The translations under genes were made by a program, and so were the position numbers. The notes under the pieces were generated by a model, which was not told the origin of the DNA, made no database searches, and saw only the letters and a list, made by a program, of their open reading frames with translations. A stretch of 63,997 bases of DNA, the filler included, from Stramenopiles sp. TOSAG23-3 (Eukaryota), in assembly GCA_900128585.1 (NCBI GenBank). It is 14 parts of 14 records of this genome, joined end to end, with 100 filler letters (N's around TTAATTAATTAA, not from the genome) between each part and the next. Parts side by side here need not be neighbours in the genome. Positions count along the whole stretch, not along the records: positions 1 to 4,512 come from LT643800.1; positions 4,613 to 9,121 come from LT643801.1; positions 9,222 to 13,730 come from LT643802.1; 11 more parts are not named here. The stretch is one strand, 5' to 3'. Each line of letters opens with the position of its first letter. Within the stretch, counting starts at the first letter, position 1. Positions 1-10,755 of this stretch are shown here, one piece after another.

Positions 1-420
1 ACGCCTCACCTCAATGGCCCGGACCGCTAGTGATCGGCCTGACGTCGGGCCTCAGCATGAGGTCTCGGGGGACCTTCTGGAACCTTGCCGCTTCAGGGTT
101 AAACTCAGGGGTCTCAATAAAGCGCAAAAACATGTTGCTAAGACGCTTCCTTTTGATTAAATTGATAAAGTAAAAATAGGCTGTTATTTAAGTAATTTAG
201 TCTTGACTCTACCATTCTCGTGTGTACTCCATGCATTGATCCGAATCGGTATGGTCAATTTTCGTCGATGTCAAAAGACCCGTAGTCAACTTCCTCATCC
301 GATGTCTCACTCGTAAATCAGTCCTTGGCCGTGTGTGATTTTCCAAGCAGCGCCGAATTAAAGATAATATAAAACTTTTGTCAGTCCCGAAACTTGCCTC
401 CCTCAACACCGCCCTTCGTT

Positions 421-3400
421 CTACCGACTCAGCCCGAGGCTCAAGCTAACGTCCAACCCGTGGCCGTCGCCACTAAGGTTTAAATATTTGCTGTAAAAGC
501 CGTTGTAATCCATTCTAGTAATAAGGTTGGAGATATGGCTCTGGTACTCGCCATCGCTGCGCGCCAGGTCAATCATTCGTTTCATAAAAATGCCTAGGGT
601 TTCGTCAAAATTGGTCTCGAACCTTTGGATCATTCGGGCGTACTCTGGCTTCGCTACTATCCGGCGAATCTGCGTCGATTGGACGACCAACCGCGTGCGC
701 CGCGCCGTCAAGATATTCCGCTGGCCCTCGCCCTCTTTGCGGGAACGATCCTGGGAAGAAACGTGATGGCGCCGGTGGGTGTTCTCGGCGTCTTCCATGA
801 GCAGCTCGTCCAGGCGGTTAGCGTCGGAGAAATGCTCCATTTGCTCGCTGAACAAAAGGCAGACGGACATAATTTTCGTCACGCAGCGCAAAAGCTCGTG
901 GTGTGACAGCAAACACTCCTTCAAGCAGGTATCTAAAAACTCTGCGTGGTGCTCCAATAGTTCGTCCAGCGTGGTACACTTCAAAACGGCCAGCTCGAAC
1001 TGGTGGTGCCTTACCTCCAGCACCTCGACCATCATGTAGTACAAAAAGTTTTGCATAAAGTGGAGCATTCGCTGCCTCAGAATGTACGATTGGGTCAGGA
1101 CCCCGCGGAGATCCAGTTCCTTCAGGCTCTGGTGCCCAAGCCAGGTCTTTGAAAGCTGTCGCTGAACATGGTTGCAGAAAAACAAATGCCGAAACACTAG
1201 CTGGTACTTTGTCAGCTCCTTCCGAGATATAATCAGCGACAAAGGCCACTCCACGTCGTAGTCCAACGCGAACGCCTCCATGCCTTTCAGCCGCTGGTGC
1301 CGAACGCGCTGGAGCTTCGCGCGGGTCGCCTCCATCGCCGCCTCGTCCTCAAAATTATCCGCCGCGCTGCTCAGCTGCTGGACGAGCTCCAAGTGCTGAA
1401 TCAGGGTGTACGGGAGCAACGTGCACCGCAAACTGTCCCGGAACGCTTCGTCCCCAAGCACGGACATGGTGATGGAAGCGTCCAGGAGCGACTCCAACTT
1501 TCCCGTCGAGATCGAGGAGCACTCTTTGCGCAGCTCCTCTTCGGCGGTGTGCATGAAGTGGACGAAAAAGTCTCCCTGGTCGATCAGGAAGTAATGCTTC
1601 AGCGCGCGCAACCTTGGCATGAGGTTGTGCTTTACCATGACCAGGTCGAGCAACGCTTTTGCGGAGTAGGCGAACGCAGCGTCGATGATCGTGTTGTTCT
1701 CCCGCTCGTTGCCCGGGATGAGGTTTTGGGCGAGCGGCTGGGAAGCGCCCCTGCCGCTGCTGCGAGCGTTCTCGGTCGAGCCCTTTTGCCGGGGGCTTAT
1801 GTCGACGGAGCGGAGAACGTTCAAGTACTTTCCCGTCACCAGGATGCGCTGGGAGGCGCCCTTCAGCACCGCAGGTAACATTTCTTCGCAAATGGTGTAC
1901 CGCTCCTCCCAGTACTTTGTGTTGAAATCATCTAGTAAATTGTTTGCCCGTTGGGACTCGTTCACCGTTACCATAAACTCAGAGAACGGGTCGTTCAGCT
2001 CGCCCTTGTGGACCCAGTTCGTAAGCATCTCGTAAAAAGGTATGGCCGCCTTCTTTTGCAAGTAATCGTAGATCAACCGGGACTGGCGGTCCCCCCCAAC
2101 AGTCGTGACCCGGGCAAGGCGGTCCAAAAGGGCACCTCCACGCTCGTTGTCCACCTCTAGGACGAGCCGCTGGAGGGCCTGCATGGTGTGGAGGGAGGGC
2201 TGGACGTAAAAGAACAAGCGTTGAAGCGGGAGGCCCCGTGGGGAGTTCATCTGATGCTCCAGCTGTGCGACCAGGATGACGAACTCGTGCAGCAAGGACC
2301 GAATGGCTGCTGCCAGGGCGTGGCATGTCATCCCGTACTCGTACCGTGTGTGCGTGTGGACGTAGCGCCGCACCGTGGTGTACGCATTTACCATCGGGAG
2401 AACGCGTCGAAGCAGGTACGCCAGAGAGATGTCTATCCCTCGAGTCGTGACAGGGTTCAACGGCTCTTCCCCCTCCTTGACGTTCGCGATCACGTACTGG
2501 CCGTCGATTCCCAATAGAACGTACAGCAAGTCTTCTACTATCAATATTTCCTGGACCTGCACCGGGTAAGACCCAATCGGCAAGCTCACCTGCCCCCCCG
2601 AATCGCTGCCGTTGGGCGCGTACGTCCTGGACGGCACCATCGCCGACTTTATTGGGACTACGAACGGTGCGTTGTACTGCACGACGTACCACCGTTTCGG
2701 CATGTCGGCCAGCACCGGCAGTGTGTCGTCCTCGTTCGTCCCTAAGTACTGCCCGCTCTTGGCACGGATAATGATTTGGCCGCAGGACGCGACCGTTGCC
2801 AGCGAGGTGCCCAGACTCCCGTCCCTCGTCGCAGAGCACAGGGACCAGCGGTCGGTCCCGGCAAGGGCGCGTACCCGTAGGGAGACGCTCGCGGTAGAAT
2901 GGTCGGCGACCAACGCGACCGGCGCGGACGGGGTGGCGTTGGACGCGAGGGCCACAGGGTGCGAGTTACCGAGCTTTATGGTCAGCACGTCGCCGTACTT
3001 AACGACCCCGTTGTCCCCTCGAAAGCTGGCGTTGGAGAATTCCAGCGGCCCGGAGGGGCACGGGCCCAGGCACGGGGCCATGGTGGACGCATCCGCGTTC
3101 AGGAACACGCCGGACTCGGAGCGCAGCGTGAACGGCTGGTTGAACAGTATCGCCAGGGGCGTGCCTTCGACATCCTCCGCGGAATCGTCGGTCCTGGCGG
3201 AGTGGTCGGGGCGGACGGCCCCGTCGCGGGCCGACAGTTTCGCGCGGGGGACCCGCCCCAGGTTCACCCGTGCCAGTTCCGCCATCAACGACGACGGGGA
3301 CTCCACTGCAGTCTCCTGCGGGGCAAGGCCGGACGCTTGGACTTGCTGCATTTTCCCCCACGTCGAAGGGGACAGTATATTTTCTACTAAATTGGAGTTG

Positions 3401-3894
3401 GACTGTTGAACGCGTCCCAGCGCGCTCGGGGCCGGGGGCTGGGACGATCGGTCAGCGATGGAGACAGACAGGGGCTTGCGCCGCGAGGACGAGGTGGAGG
3501 GGAGGGCACTGGGTGACCCGGAGGACCCCGCCGTGCTGGCGGCCGCGGTGCTCGTCGACGGGGACACTAGCTTGCGCAGGGCGCTGTCTTCCGCGACCAT
3601 CGCGATCCCTTTCATGAGCTCGCCGAACCCCGGGATGTTCTTGTCCGCCAGTTTGTCGTAGTTCGTGGCAAACTCAATCGACGACGTAGCGCGACTCTGC
3701 AAGGTATGCACGGCCAAGTCGACGTCCGGGTCTTCGTCGACGTTGTTTGAAATGTCAGCGGAGATGTTCCGTGAAATAATCTCCATCACGTCGTTGACTT
3801 CGTTGGAACTCTGCGGAACGTGCAAGCCTGCAGCGAGTTTCTTGGCCGCCGAGCGAAGCTTGGCATCTTTCGCAGTGGAATCGAAAAGCGACAT
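421..3894 (-). CDS. TUBGCP2: Gamma-tubulin complex component 2 (Spc97/Spc98 GRIP domains)
   Basis: 1157-aa ORF with QEILIVEDLLYVLLGIDGQY, LQRLFFYVQP, DPFSEFMV, YWEERYT, LKHYFLIDQGDFFVHFM, YDVEWPLSLIISRKELTKYQLVFRHLF and RMDYNGFY, all typical of GCP2. Confidence 0.93.
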   Translation of the reverse strand: MSLFDSTAKDAKLRSAAKKLAAGLHVPQSSNEVNDVMEIISRNISADISNNVDEDPDVDLAVHTLQSRATSSIEFATNYDKLADKNIPGFGELMKGIAMVAEDSALRKLVSPSTSTAAASTAGSSGSPSALPSTSSSRRKPLSVSIADRSSQPPAPSALGRVQQSNSNLVENILSPSTWGKMQQVQASGLAPQETAVESPSSLMAELARVNLGRVPRAKLSARDGAVRPDHSARTDDSAEDVEGTPLAILFNQPFTLRSESGVFLNADASTMAPCLGPCPSGPLEFSNASFRGDNGVVKYGDVLTIKLGNSHPVALASNATPSAPVALVADHSTASVSLRVRALAGTDRWSLCSATRDGSLGTSLATVASCGQIIIRAKSGQYLGTNEDDTLPVLADMPKRWYVVQYNAPFVVPIKSAMVPSRTYAPNGSDSGGQVSLPIGSYPVQVQEILIVEDLLYVLLGIDGQYVIANVKEGEEPLNPVTTRGIDISLAYLLRRVLPMVNAYTTVRRYVHTHTRYEYGMTCHALAAAIRSLLHEFVILVAQLEHQMNSPRGLPLQRLFFYVQPSLHTMQALQRLVLEVDNERGGALLDRLARVTTVGGDRQSRLIYDYLQKKAAIPFYEMLTNWVHKGELNDPFSEFMVTVNESQRANNLLDDFNTKYWEERYTICEEMLPAVLKGASQRILVTGKYLNVLRSVDISPRQKGSTENARSSGRGASQPLAQNLIPGNERENNTIIDAAFAYSAKALLDLVMVKHNLMPRLRALKHYFLIDQGDFFVHFMHTAEEELRKECSSISTGKLESLLDASITMSVLGDEAFRDSLRCTLLPYTLIQHLELVQQLSSAADNFEDEAAMEATRAKLQRVRHQRLKGMEAFALDYDVEWPLSLIISRKELTKYQLVFRHLFFCNHVQRQLSKTWLGHQSLKELDLRGVLTQSYILRQRMLHFMQNFLYYMMVEVLEVRHHQFELAVLKCTTLDELLEHHAEFLDTCLKECLLSHHELLRCVTKIMSVCLLFSEQMEHFSDANRLDELLMEDAENTHRRHHVSSQDRSRKEGEGQRNILTARRTRLVVQSTQIRRIVAKPEYARMIQRFETNFDETLGIFMKRMIDLARSDGEYQSHISNLITRMDYNGFYSKYLNLSGDGHGLDVSLSLGLSR

Positions 3895-4430
3895 GCGCCC
3901 TTTCCCTTTTTATAACGTTTCGTACCCACCCACTTCTATATCTTCTTCCTCCACGGACGAGTTTCTCTCCAAGCACCAAACGAAGGGCGAGGGGCGGGAG
4001 GACAGGGGAAGCACCGTGAGCAACGAACTCACTCTCTCGACGGATATCAGGTAATAAGAAAATTTGTACCTCTATGTATAGAACTTAACAACCTCAAGTT
4101 GGAAAGACTCTCATTTAATAGGGCAGGAGTATAGTTTCTTCCTTTTCTTTCTTTCTTTTGAATTCAAATAAATTATTCGTTCAACTTCTTTCTTCTTCTT
4201 CATCATCATCAATCAATAATAAAAGTACGCACGACGACGAAGTCACATCATTCATCATCACATATCATCGAAATAATTAAAAAAAAAAAACCAAACTACA
4301 TACTATTTTACTATTTCATACTACCTTCTATTATACACTATAAATATTTCATTTATTCGTACTACTTTCTTGCTAGTTTTTATTTATTACCAAAGTATCT
4401 TTCTCTTTCATTCTTTTTCCCGCGTAGTTC

Positions 4431-4432
<2 letters not shown>

Positions 4433-4481
<49 letters not shown>

Positions 4482-4482
4482 T
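4433..4482. repeat. (TTTC)n microsatellite near contig end
   Basis: Direct reading of tandem TTTC units. Confidence 0.9.
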
Positions 4483-4512
4483 CGACTCTTTCGACTCTTT
4501 CTTTCTTTCGAC

Positions 4513-4612
4513 NNNNNNNNNNNNNNNNNNNNNNNNNNNNNNNNNNNNNNNNNNNNTTAATTAATTAANNNNNNNNNNNNNNNNNNNNNNNNNNNNNNNN
4601 NNNNNNNNNNNN
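4513..4612. other. Artificial contig linker N44-TTAATTAATTAA-N44; recurs at 9122, 13731, 18339, 22945, 27551, 32156, 36760, 41363, 45964, 50565, 55165 and 59764
   Basis: Identical 100-nt spacer carrying stops in all six frames; intervening contig lengths fall monotonically from 4509 to 4499. Confidence 0.99.
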
Positions 4613-5641
4613 AAGAAGAAGAAGAAGAAGAAGAAGAAGAAGAAAGAAGAAAAATTTCATCATCAAAATAGACTAAATATAAATAATCAATCAATCCAAT
4701 AATCTGCTGAGAGAGAAAAAATCTTACACGGTGTACCCTATACCGGTATTATACGTATTAATTAATACCGGTACCAGGTACCAGGTACCAGATAAGGGAA
4801 CCTGTAAATAGTAATTATAATACCAAATATAATACGAATCCAATTTCCTATCAAAAAAGTGTGTGTATTTTTATTTTCTTCCTTTTTTCTTTTTTTTATT
4901 ACTGTATTATTTCTTCTTTTTTCTTCTTTTTTTTCGACATCTTCTTCTTCTCATATTAATATTCTTCTTCAATCATCATCATGCATCATAGCATATATAA
5001 TAATGGTATAATAATATCATCATCATCATTCATCCCTAGAGGATGGCTAAATATATTTGCACTCGTATCATCCTGAAAATTAAAGTATGGCTTATTTGCC
5101 TGTTAATTTTGATAACCAATGCTGTGTAATGTATTTAAGAAAACGCCCTTAAAGGACTTCAAAGTCTATAGTTTGATAGGGATTCGGATTCGTATTATAT
5201 TATGCTATAACTATGTAGTGCTGTGTGCCTTATGAAAAAATCGACCTTAGAGATCAAAAGTGGCCCGATGCCAGAAAATTAATTTCAGACTATTAAAATC
5301 TAATTAAAAAATGATTACACGTACTAAGTAACCGCCATAAATACAGCCTTACATGGCATTAGCGAAGCATCATGATACATTTTGGGCACCATCAGCCAAA
5401 CAACTAAAACAGATCCGTAAAAATATGTAACGGGGAAGAACGGTTCTGGGTAAAAGTTGAAGGTCGTCAGAAAAAAATGTTCATCGGTCATATTCGCAAC
5501 AATCTTCTGTTCAGTACGTACACCTTTGGTGATATGATTGCATTTGAAGAGAAACATATTTATGATATTTCGTAACGATTAAAAGTTTATTGTGTAATGT
5601 TTCGTGTTATAGCCTAAAATTTCTAAACTAAAATATTTTTC

Positions 5642-7480
5642 TTATAGACCAAAACAAATTGACACCATCAACACTCCGCATAAGTACAGCTGTGGCCCGG
5701 AACGATTGGCAGCGCTCAATTCATTCGGCGCGGCAGTGGTCGAAGCGTTTTCTGCCGGCGATGGTGAGCTTCCCGGCGACGGTGAATCTGCCGGTGATGG
5801 CGAACTTCCCGCCGGTGACGGGCTATCACCAGATGGCGACGGGCTTTCCGCGGCCGCACAGACCCTATCCGCTGTCGTAGACCCTGCGCTGCTTTCCACT
5901 TCGGTGGTAGTGTTGCATATGGTCCAATTCGCGCAGGCGTTCTGGTTGGACGCAGTAGAGAATTTCCCAGTCGGACATGATACACAGGCACGGTCGGTGC
6001 TGCTTGTGCCGTTGGCGTCTATCTTTTGGCCCGCTACGCAACTGGACCACGCAGTGCAAGAGAAAGCGTTGGCGGAAGCGGAATATGTTCCGGCACCGCA
6101 AGGTGAGCATACACGGTCCGCGCTGCTTGTGCCGTTTGTAGAGATGTGCTGTCCGGTGGTGCAATTTGTCCACGGTGTACATGAATCTTTGTTGGCACTC
6201 GCAGAATATGCTCCGGCACCGCAAGGTGTGCATACCCGGTCTGCGGTGCTTGTGCCGTTCGTAGCGATGTACTGGCCGCTGGAGCAATTAGTCCAAGGGG
6301 TGCATGAATCTTCGTTGGCAGTCGCGGAATATTCTCCAGTACCGCAAGGTGCGCATACACGGTCGGTGATATTGCTTCCGTTCGAGGAAACATACTCTCC
6401 TGCTGTGCAAGATGACCACGTGGTGCACGTCGGGGCAGGTGGTAACGAATTTGCACTCACGGTGCCGTACGTGCCAGAACCACAGGAATAAGCACAAGTA
6501 ACACCGTAATCTGCAATATCAGTGCGGTCAGTGCAACTTCCAGTGAACGGGGCTACTGTGCAGGGTGAAGAGGAGCAAAGTTTGCGCGAATTAGAGCCAT
6601 AAGCGGCAGCACTACCTGTAGACGTGTCAGAATCGTAAAAGAAAAAATTCGTCCCAGTGCCGCACGTGTTGCATGCAACGAACTTTGTATTGACGATTGT
6701 GATTGACGGGGTGCCCCCATTGGAGTTTGACTTGGTAGCCAAGATCTGATGTCCTTTGTTTCCAGTAGATTTTGCTTCATTAGACTGAAATTGACATTCC
6801 CTTATAGTAACAATACAATCCCAATTTATATGCAATCCGCCGCCACCGCGCGAGTCCCCTCCTCCTGTGGTCTGTTCATTGTTCTTAACAATCGATCTAG
6901 TTAAAGCTAATGTTCCTTTGGTATGGGCTATACCTCCTCCCATATGCTCAGCAGTGTTCATTTCCACAAGGCAATTAGAAAGAAGTGAATCTCCATAAGA
7001 AGACAAACCTCCTCCGTAGTCCGCACTGTTGTCTGTGATATTTGTATAGTAGAGTTTAATCGAAGCACCAGCAACATCACCTCGAAAACTGCCCCCACTA
7101 ACAGTTGCATGGTTAGAGAAGAATACACAGTGAGAGGCATGAAGGGTACCGGCACCTTCGAGATAGGTGGACCCACCATAAGTCATTCCATCGCCACCTG
7201 TCAATTTTAACCATTTCAGCGTCAGCGTATGGCTGTCCCCTGACGCGACATGAAAGTGCCGCCTCGTTCCGCTTGTCTTCGCGGTGATAGTCGTCAGTTC
7301 TGGTCGTCCCGTGATGGAGAGATCCCCTGACAGCTGGACGCCGGTGCTCGTCATGGTACAGTCGTTGGTGCAATTATAGGTACCAGTTGTTTCTGGGTTA
7401 GCACTGGTGCAGCTCCACTCCCCCGCCAGTGCAACCCCGACGAAGCCAGCGACAAATAAAACACGGGAAATGATTTTCAT
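5642..7480 (-). CDS. Secreted, probably GPI-anchored surface protein: beta-helix/Pmp-like region plus Cys-rich 41-aa repeats plus Ser/Pro stalk
   Basis: Signal peptide MKIISRVLFVAGFVGVALA; NxA..GGG repeats; about 5 copies of CTPWTNC..GQY...NGTS..DRVC.PCG.G.YS; SPSP stalk; hydrophobic C-terminus. Confidence 0.8.
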   Translation of the reverse strand: MKIISRVLFVAGFVGVALAGEWSCTSANPETTGTYNCTNDCTMTSTGVQLSGDLSITGRPELTTITAKTSGTRRHFHVASGDSHTLTLKWLKLTGGDGMTYGGSTYLEGAGTLHASHCVFFSNHATVSGGSFRGDVAGASIKLYYTNITDNSADYGGGLSSYGDSLLSNCLVEMNTAEHMGGGIAHTKGTLALTRSIVKNNEQTTGGGDSRGGGGLHINWDCIVTIRECQFQSNEAKSTGNKGHQILATKSNSNGGTPSITIVNTKFVACNTCGTGTNFFFYDSDTSTGSAAAYGSNSRKLCSSSPCTVAPFTGSCTDRTDIADYGVTCAYSCGSGTYGTVSANSLPPAPTCTTWSSCTAGEYVSSNGSNITDRVCAPCGTGEYSATANEDSCTPWTNCSSGQYIATNGTSTADRVCTPCGAGAYSASANKDSCTPWTNCTTGQHISTNGTSSADRVCSPCGAGTYSASANAFSCTAWSSCVAGQKIDANGTSSTDRACVSCPTGKFSTASNQNACANWTICNTTTEVESSAGSTTADRVCAAAESPSPSGDSPSPAGSSPSPADSPSPGSSPSPAENASTTAAPNELSAANRSGPQLYLCGVLMVSICFGL

Positions 7481-7690
7481 TTTTGAAAGCGTACGGGTAT
7501 CCAACAGCAAAGTACGTCTTATCGCAGCCTTTGAACAGAACGTAAACTGTTTTTATGTGAATAAACTCTAAAACTGTCTGTAGCGGGTCGGGAATAGCTT
7601 CTAAAGGCTGTAGGTAACGAGACTTCTACAAAAGAATTGTAAGCGGCTGGTCTAAGAGCTGCGTGATACGAAGTCCGGTAAAGCGTTCTG

Positions 7691-7906
7691 TTGCAACGAA
7701 CTCGACTTGCGTAAACTTCACGGGCGCTTATGCGAAAGCTACTAACTTAAAGAACTGCCAGCGGCTTCGGTTGCAACGAACTCGAACAGCTACGCGAAAG
7801 TTTCTATAAAACTGGAACGGCGTTATGCGAAAGCTTCTATAAAACTGGAACGGCGTTCTGCGAAAGTTTCTATAAAACTGTAGGTAAACGGCGTTATGCG
7901 AAAGTT
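7691..7906. repeat. Imperfect 33-bp tandem repeat upstream of the surface-protein gene
   Basis: GCGAAAGYTTCTATAAAACTGGAACGGCGTTMT units start at 7794, 7827 and 7860, with a partial unit at 7898; TTGCAACGAACTCGA at 7691 and 7771. Confidence 0.9.
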
Positions 7907-8467
7907 CTGCGTTTCTCTTGTGAAGAAACTATTCTTTCATTGAAATGATAACGGGACTGCTAGCCCGAAATTAAAAATAATCTACAGGCCTACCTTTAAG
8001 AGCTGCTGTGTAAGCCTAGCTGATCTCAGAGACGGGGCCTCGTGGTTAATAAACATTTCTATGTGCATACTGTACTTCATCGTATTCTAAGGAAATAACC
8101 TCCTGCTCTAACATGGAATAGCATATAAATTTGGGAATAATTTTTCGTTTTCTAGTCGTCAGGTCCCTATAGATCCCACTTTACCTGCAATGGTACTACG
8201 TCTATGTATTTTTGGTTTTGCCATACCGCATCATTTTTTACTTTTTTTATTATTTTTATTATATCTTTTTAGTGTACTCTTCGCACATACTGAACAGAAC
8301 TAGAAAGTTTTTGTGTATTCTTTCCATTCTTTACACTTGTGCCCGAATTGCAAAGGATACACTTTATAAGCGGGTTTCTGCGGTAACGAAAATTGCATTG
8401 TGTGTTTGCGTATAATATATATTGAAAGAATTGTATCGAACGGTTCCACCTAGGTAGTACTGACAAA

Positions 8468-9031
8468 ATGTTCTTACGAACCGCTTTTTCTAAAGTCCGT
8501 GCGGGTTCCATTCGGCGAGGGGTTGTAGCCAACCGTCTATGTGCAGAAAGAAGCCCATTTTTGCCAGAACGCCATTATCACGCGTCAAAGCGGGTGTCTG
8601 CTCGCGTGACGGACGTTGACTTGTATAGTGATGTGGACCGTCCGAAGTTGGTCATAGAAGGCTACTCGAGCAACGGGTTTGAAGTAAACGGGGTCACTCA
8701 CCTCGGAGCACAGTTAATTTTTTCTGACCTTCTCACCATGTGGGATGTAGAAACTGTTGAGGATATAACTGTGGAGTCACTCTCTTTTGTTCTGTATGCA
8801 TCGCCCAAAATAGATATGCTCCTGATAGGGACCCCATCCAGCGAGTGCACGTTGGATCCCGCGTTAGTGTCGCATTTTAAAGAATGCGGCGTCATCATTG
8901 ACCACATGCGCACGACAAATGCATGCCAGACGTTCAATGTTCTGAACCAGGAAGACCGAAGGGTTGCAGCAGCACTCTTGCCCATGGAACTTACTGAGCG
9001 CGATGAATGCATTGTTTCAACTTTTGATTAA
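8468..9031 (+). CDS. NDUFAF3: Complex I assembly factor 3 (Mth938/DUF498 domain)
   Basis: Arg-rich mitochondrial presequence; IEGYSSNGFEVNG, DMLLIGT, TTNACQTFNVLNQEDRRVAAALLP. Confidence 0.9.
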   Translation: MFLRTAFSKVRAGSIRRGVVANRLCAERSPFLPERHYHASKRVSARVTDVDLYSDVDRPKLVIEGYSSNGFEVNGVTHLGAQLIFSDLLTMWDVETVEDITVESLSFVLYASPKIDMLLIGTPSSECTLDPALVSHFKECGVIIDHMRTTNACQTFNVLNQEDRRVAAALLPMELTERDECIVSTFD

Positions 9032-9221
9032 AATGTCCGGTACAACGGAATTTAGTTTTTTCATTGAAAAAGTACTTGTGGAGATATTATAACGTCCAGT
9101 ATCATAGAAGAAGAAGAAGAANNNNNNNNNNNNNNNNNNNNNNNNNNNNNNNNNNNNNNNNNNNNTTAATTAATTAANNNNNNNNNNNNNNNNNNNNNNN
9201 NNNNNNNNNNNNNNNNNNNNN

Positions 9222-9480
9222 TGTGCAAGTTACCACCGAATTGTACCGCAGTACCGTAGGCAGATAATTTGTTTGTTGGAATGTCCGCCGGTGACTTGAA
9301 TGTCGACCTCATAGCCCCCCGGAAAGCATTGCTGTTGGTACGGTGCACTTCAGGTCGCAGGTTATTCACCGAATGGCGAAAAGTACTACCAGCAAAGGAA
9401 GTTCTTCCAAAAGCTTCAATTTGCGCAGGTGTCCAGGACAACGCAGCCAAGCAGGCAACCAAAGCGGTAGAAAGCTTCAT
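9222..9480 (-). CDS. 5' fragment of a secreted protein, truncated at contig end
   Basis: ATG plus signal peptide MKLSTALVACLAALSWTPAQIEA; ORF runs into the linker. Confidence 0.6.
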
Positions 9481-9830
9481 TGAATATTATTATGCACGGC
9501 AAGGAAAATGTTTTGTGTTTAATTCTCTTTCGTTTTTTATCTTGATTTATTAAATTTATTAGTTTGGATTAGACCTAATGTTCTTTTCCAATATTTTATC
9601 TCCTACACTTTACAAGAAGTCGTACAGGTAATAACTAATAATTAAAAAGGCAACCTAACTAACAGCAGCATCATTTTCTTTTTATTAAAACAGAATATAT
9701 TAGCCTACGCGTAGATGATAAAAAATAGAAACAGAAGAAAAAAAGTGCTGAAATAATTAAAAATGTGCTGAAATATAATTTGAATTGAGCACAGTACATT
9801 ATTAACTATTTCCCATATTATATTCTTTAA

Positions 9831-10047
9831 GTACAATTATAGCCTATCACAATAGGACCCTTCGGGACGCCTGGTAGGGGACTATTTCTATAATTTACGT
9901 AATTATCATATGCTGTGTCAATACGAACCTTTAGCAGGAGCAACGAGCGGCTCCCATTCTATCGATAATTAGGTAAATTACAGCAATAGGCACATATCAG
10001 GCTTCCCGAAGGGTCATTACATTGTTTTGATAGGATATGTAATTGTA
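9831..10047. repeat. Long imperfect inverted repeat (MITE- or hairpin-like)
   Basis: 9856-9907 matches the reverse complement of 9964-10015 at 44 of 52 positions, with weaker pairing further out. Confidence 0.85.
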
Positions 10048-10755
10048 TTATAATGGTATACTATTACTACAAACTATGTAGTATACTTAGAATAGGACAT
10101 GATAATGTGGGGAGAATCCAAAAACTAGTCTAATAAATTGGTTGTGTGTGCGTGTGCGTGTGCGTGCGTGCGCGTGCGCCCCCCTCTTTTGGTTTTAGAT
10201 AATTAATAATTCGATCATTGAATGAGCTATTGTTAATAGAGTTAATTAGGGTTGTAATTGTGCCGTGGTAGTTAGTGGAGTTAGTAATATAATTGTTCAT
10301 CTTGGCCTTTTGCGAGACCACTTATTCCTCCTCAAAATATTTCGGGTATTGCGGACGCATACAAGTTTATTGCGATAAATATTAGAGGAAGTGTCCGTTA
10401 TTGGCATTGTATTTCCTCCTCCCCACTATCCTGTGCTAATCCCTCCTTATTTATATTTTATAGCAAAGCGCAACAAGCCAACATCCAACATTCATTTTCT
10501 TACTTCTCATCATCATATTTAATTATAAAATACGAAATATATTATAGTCGTCTATTAATGCTTCGTAGATAATTCTTGTCTGCAGGATTACCATTTCATT
10601 TAAAAACGACTTCTCGCATGTTTTCTTTCTTCCGGGATAAAGACTGTGGAAAATCAATTCAATTAGTCTATGTTTCGGACGGGTAAGAAGTGCTGCGAAG
10701 ATTGGTTGAATTTATACACATTAACCTTACGTCTTCAAACCTTGCATTGACGACC

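Noticed and set aside
1-409. Short open frames at the window start and ORF 209-409
   Set aside because: Several frames are open with no recognisable protein; cannot assign a gene
527-4054. Numerous antisense and alternative-frame ORFs over GC-rich genes (also 5659-6497 and 61349-63331)
   Set aside because: Shadow ORFs expected from high GC3 codon usage; no recognisable motifs
4513-4612. Regularly spaced TTAATTAATTAA palindromes
   Set aside because: Synthetic six-frame-stop linker between contigs
7794-7906. CRISPR-like 33-bp periodicity
   Set aside because: Units are contiguous with no unique spacers, there are no cas genes, and the context is eukaryotic
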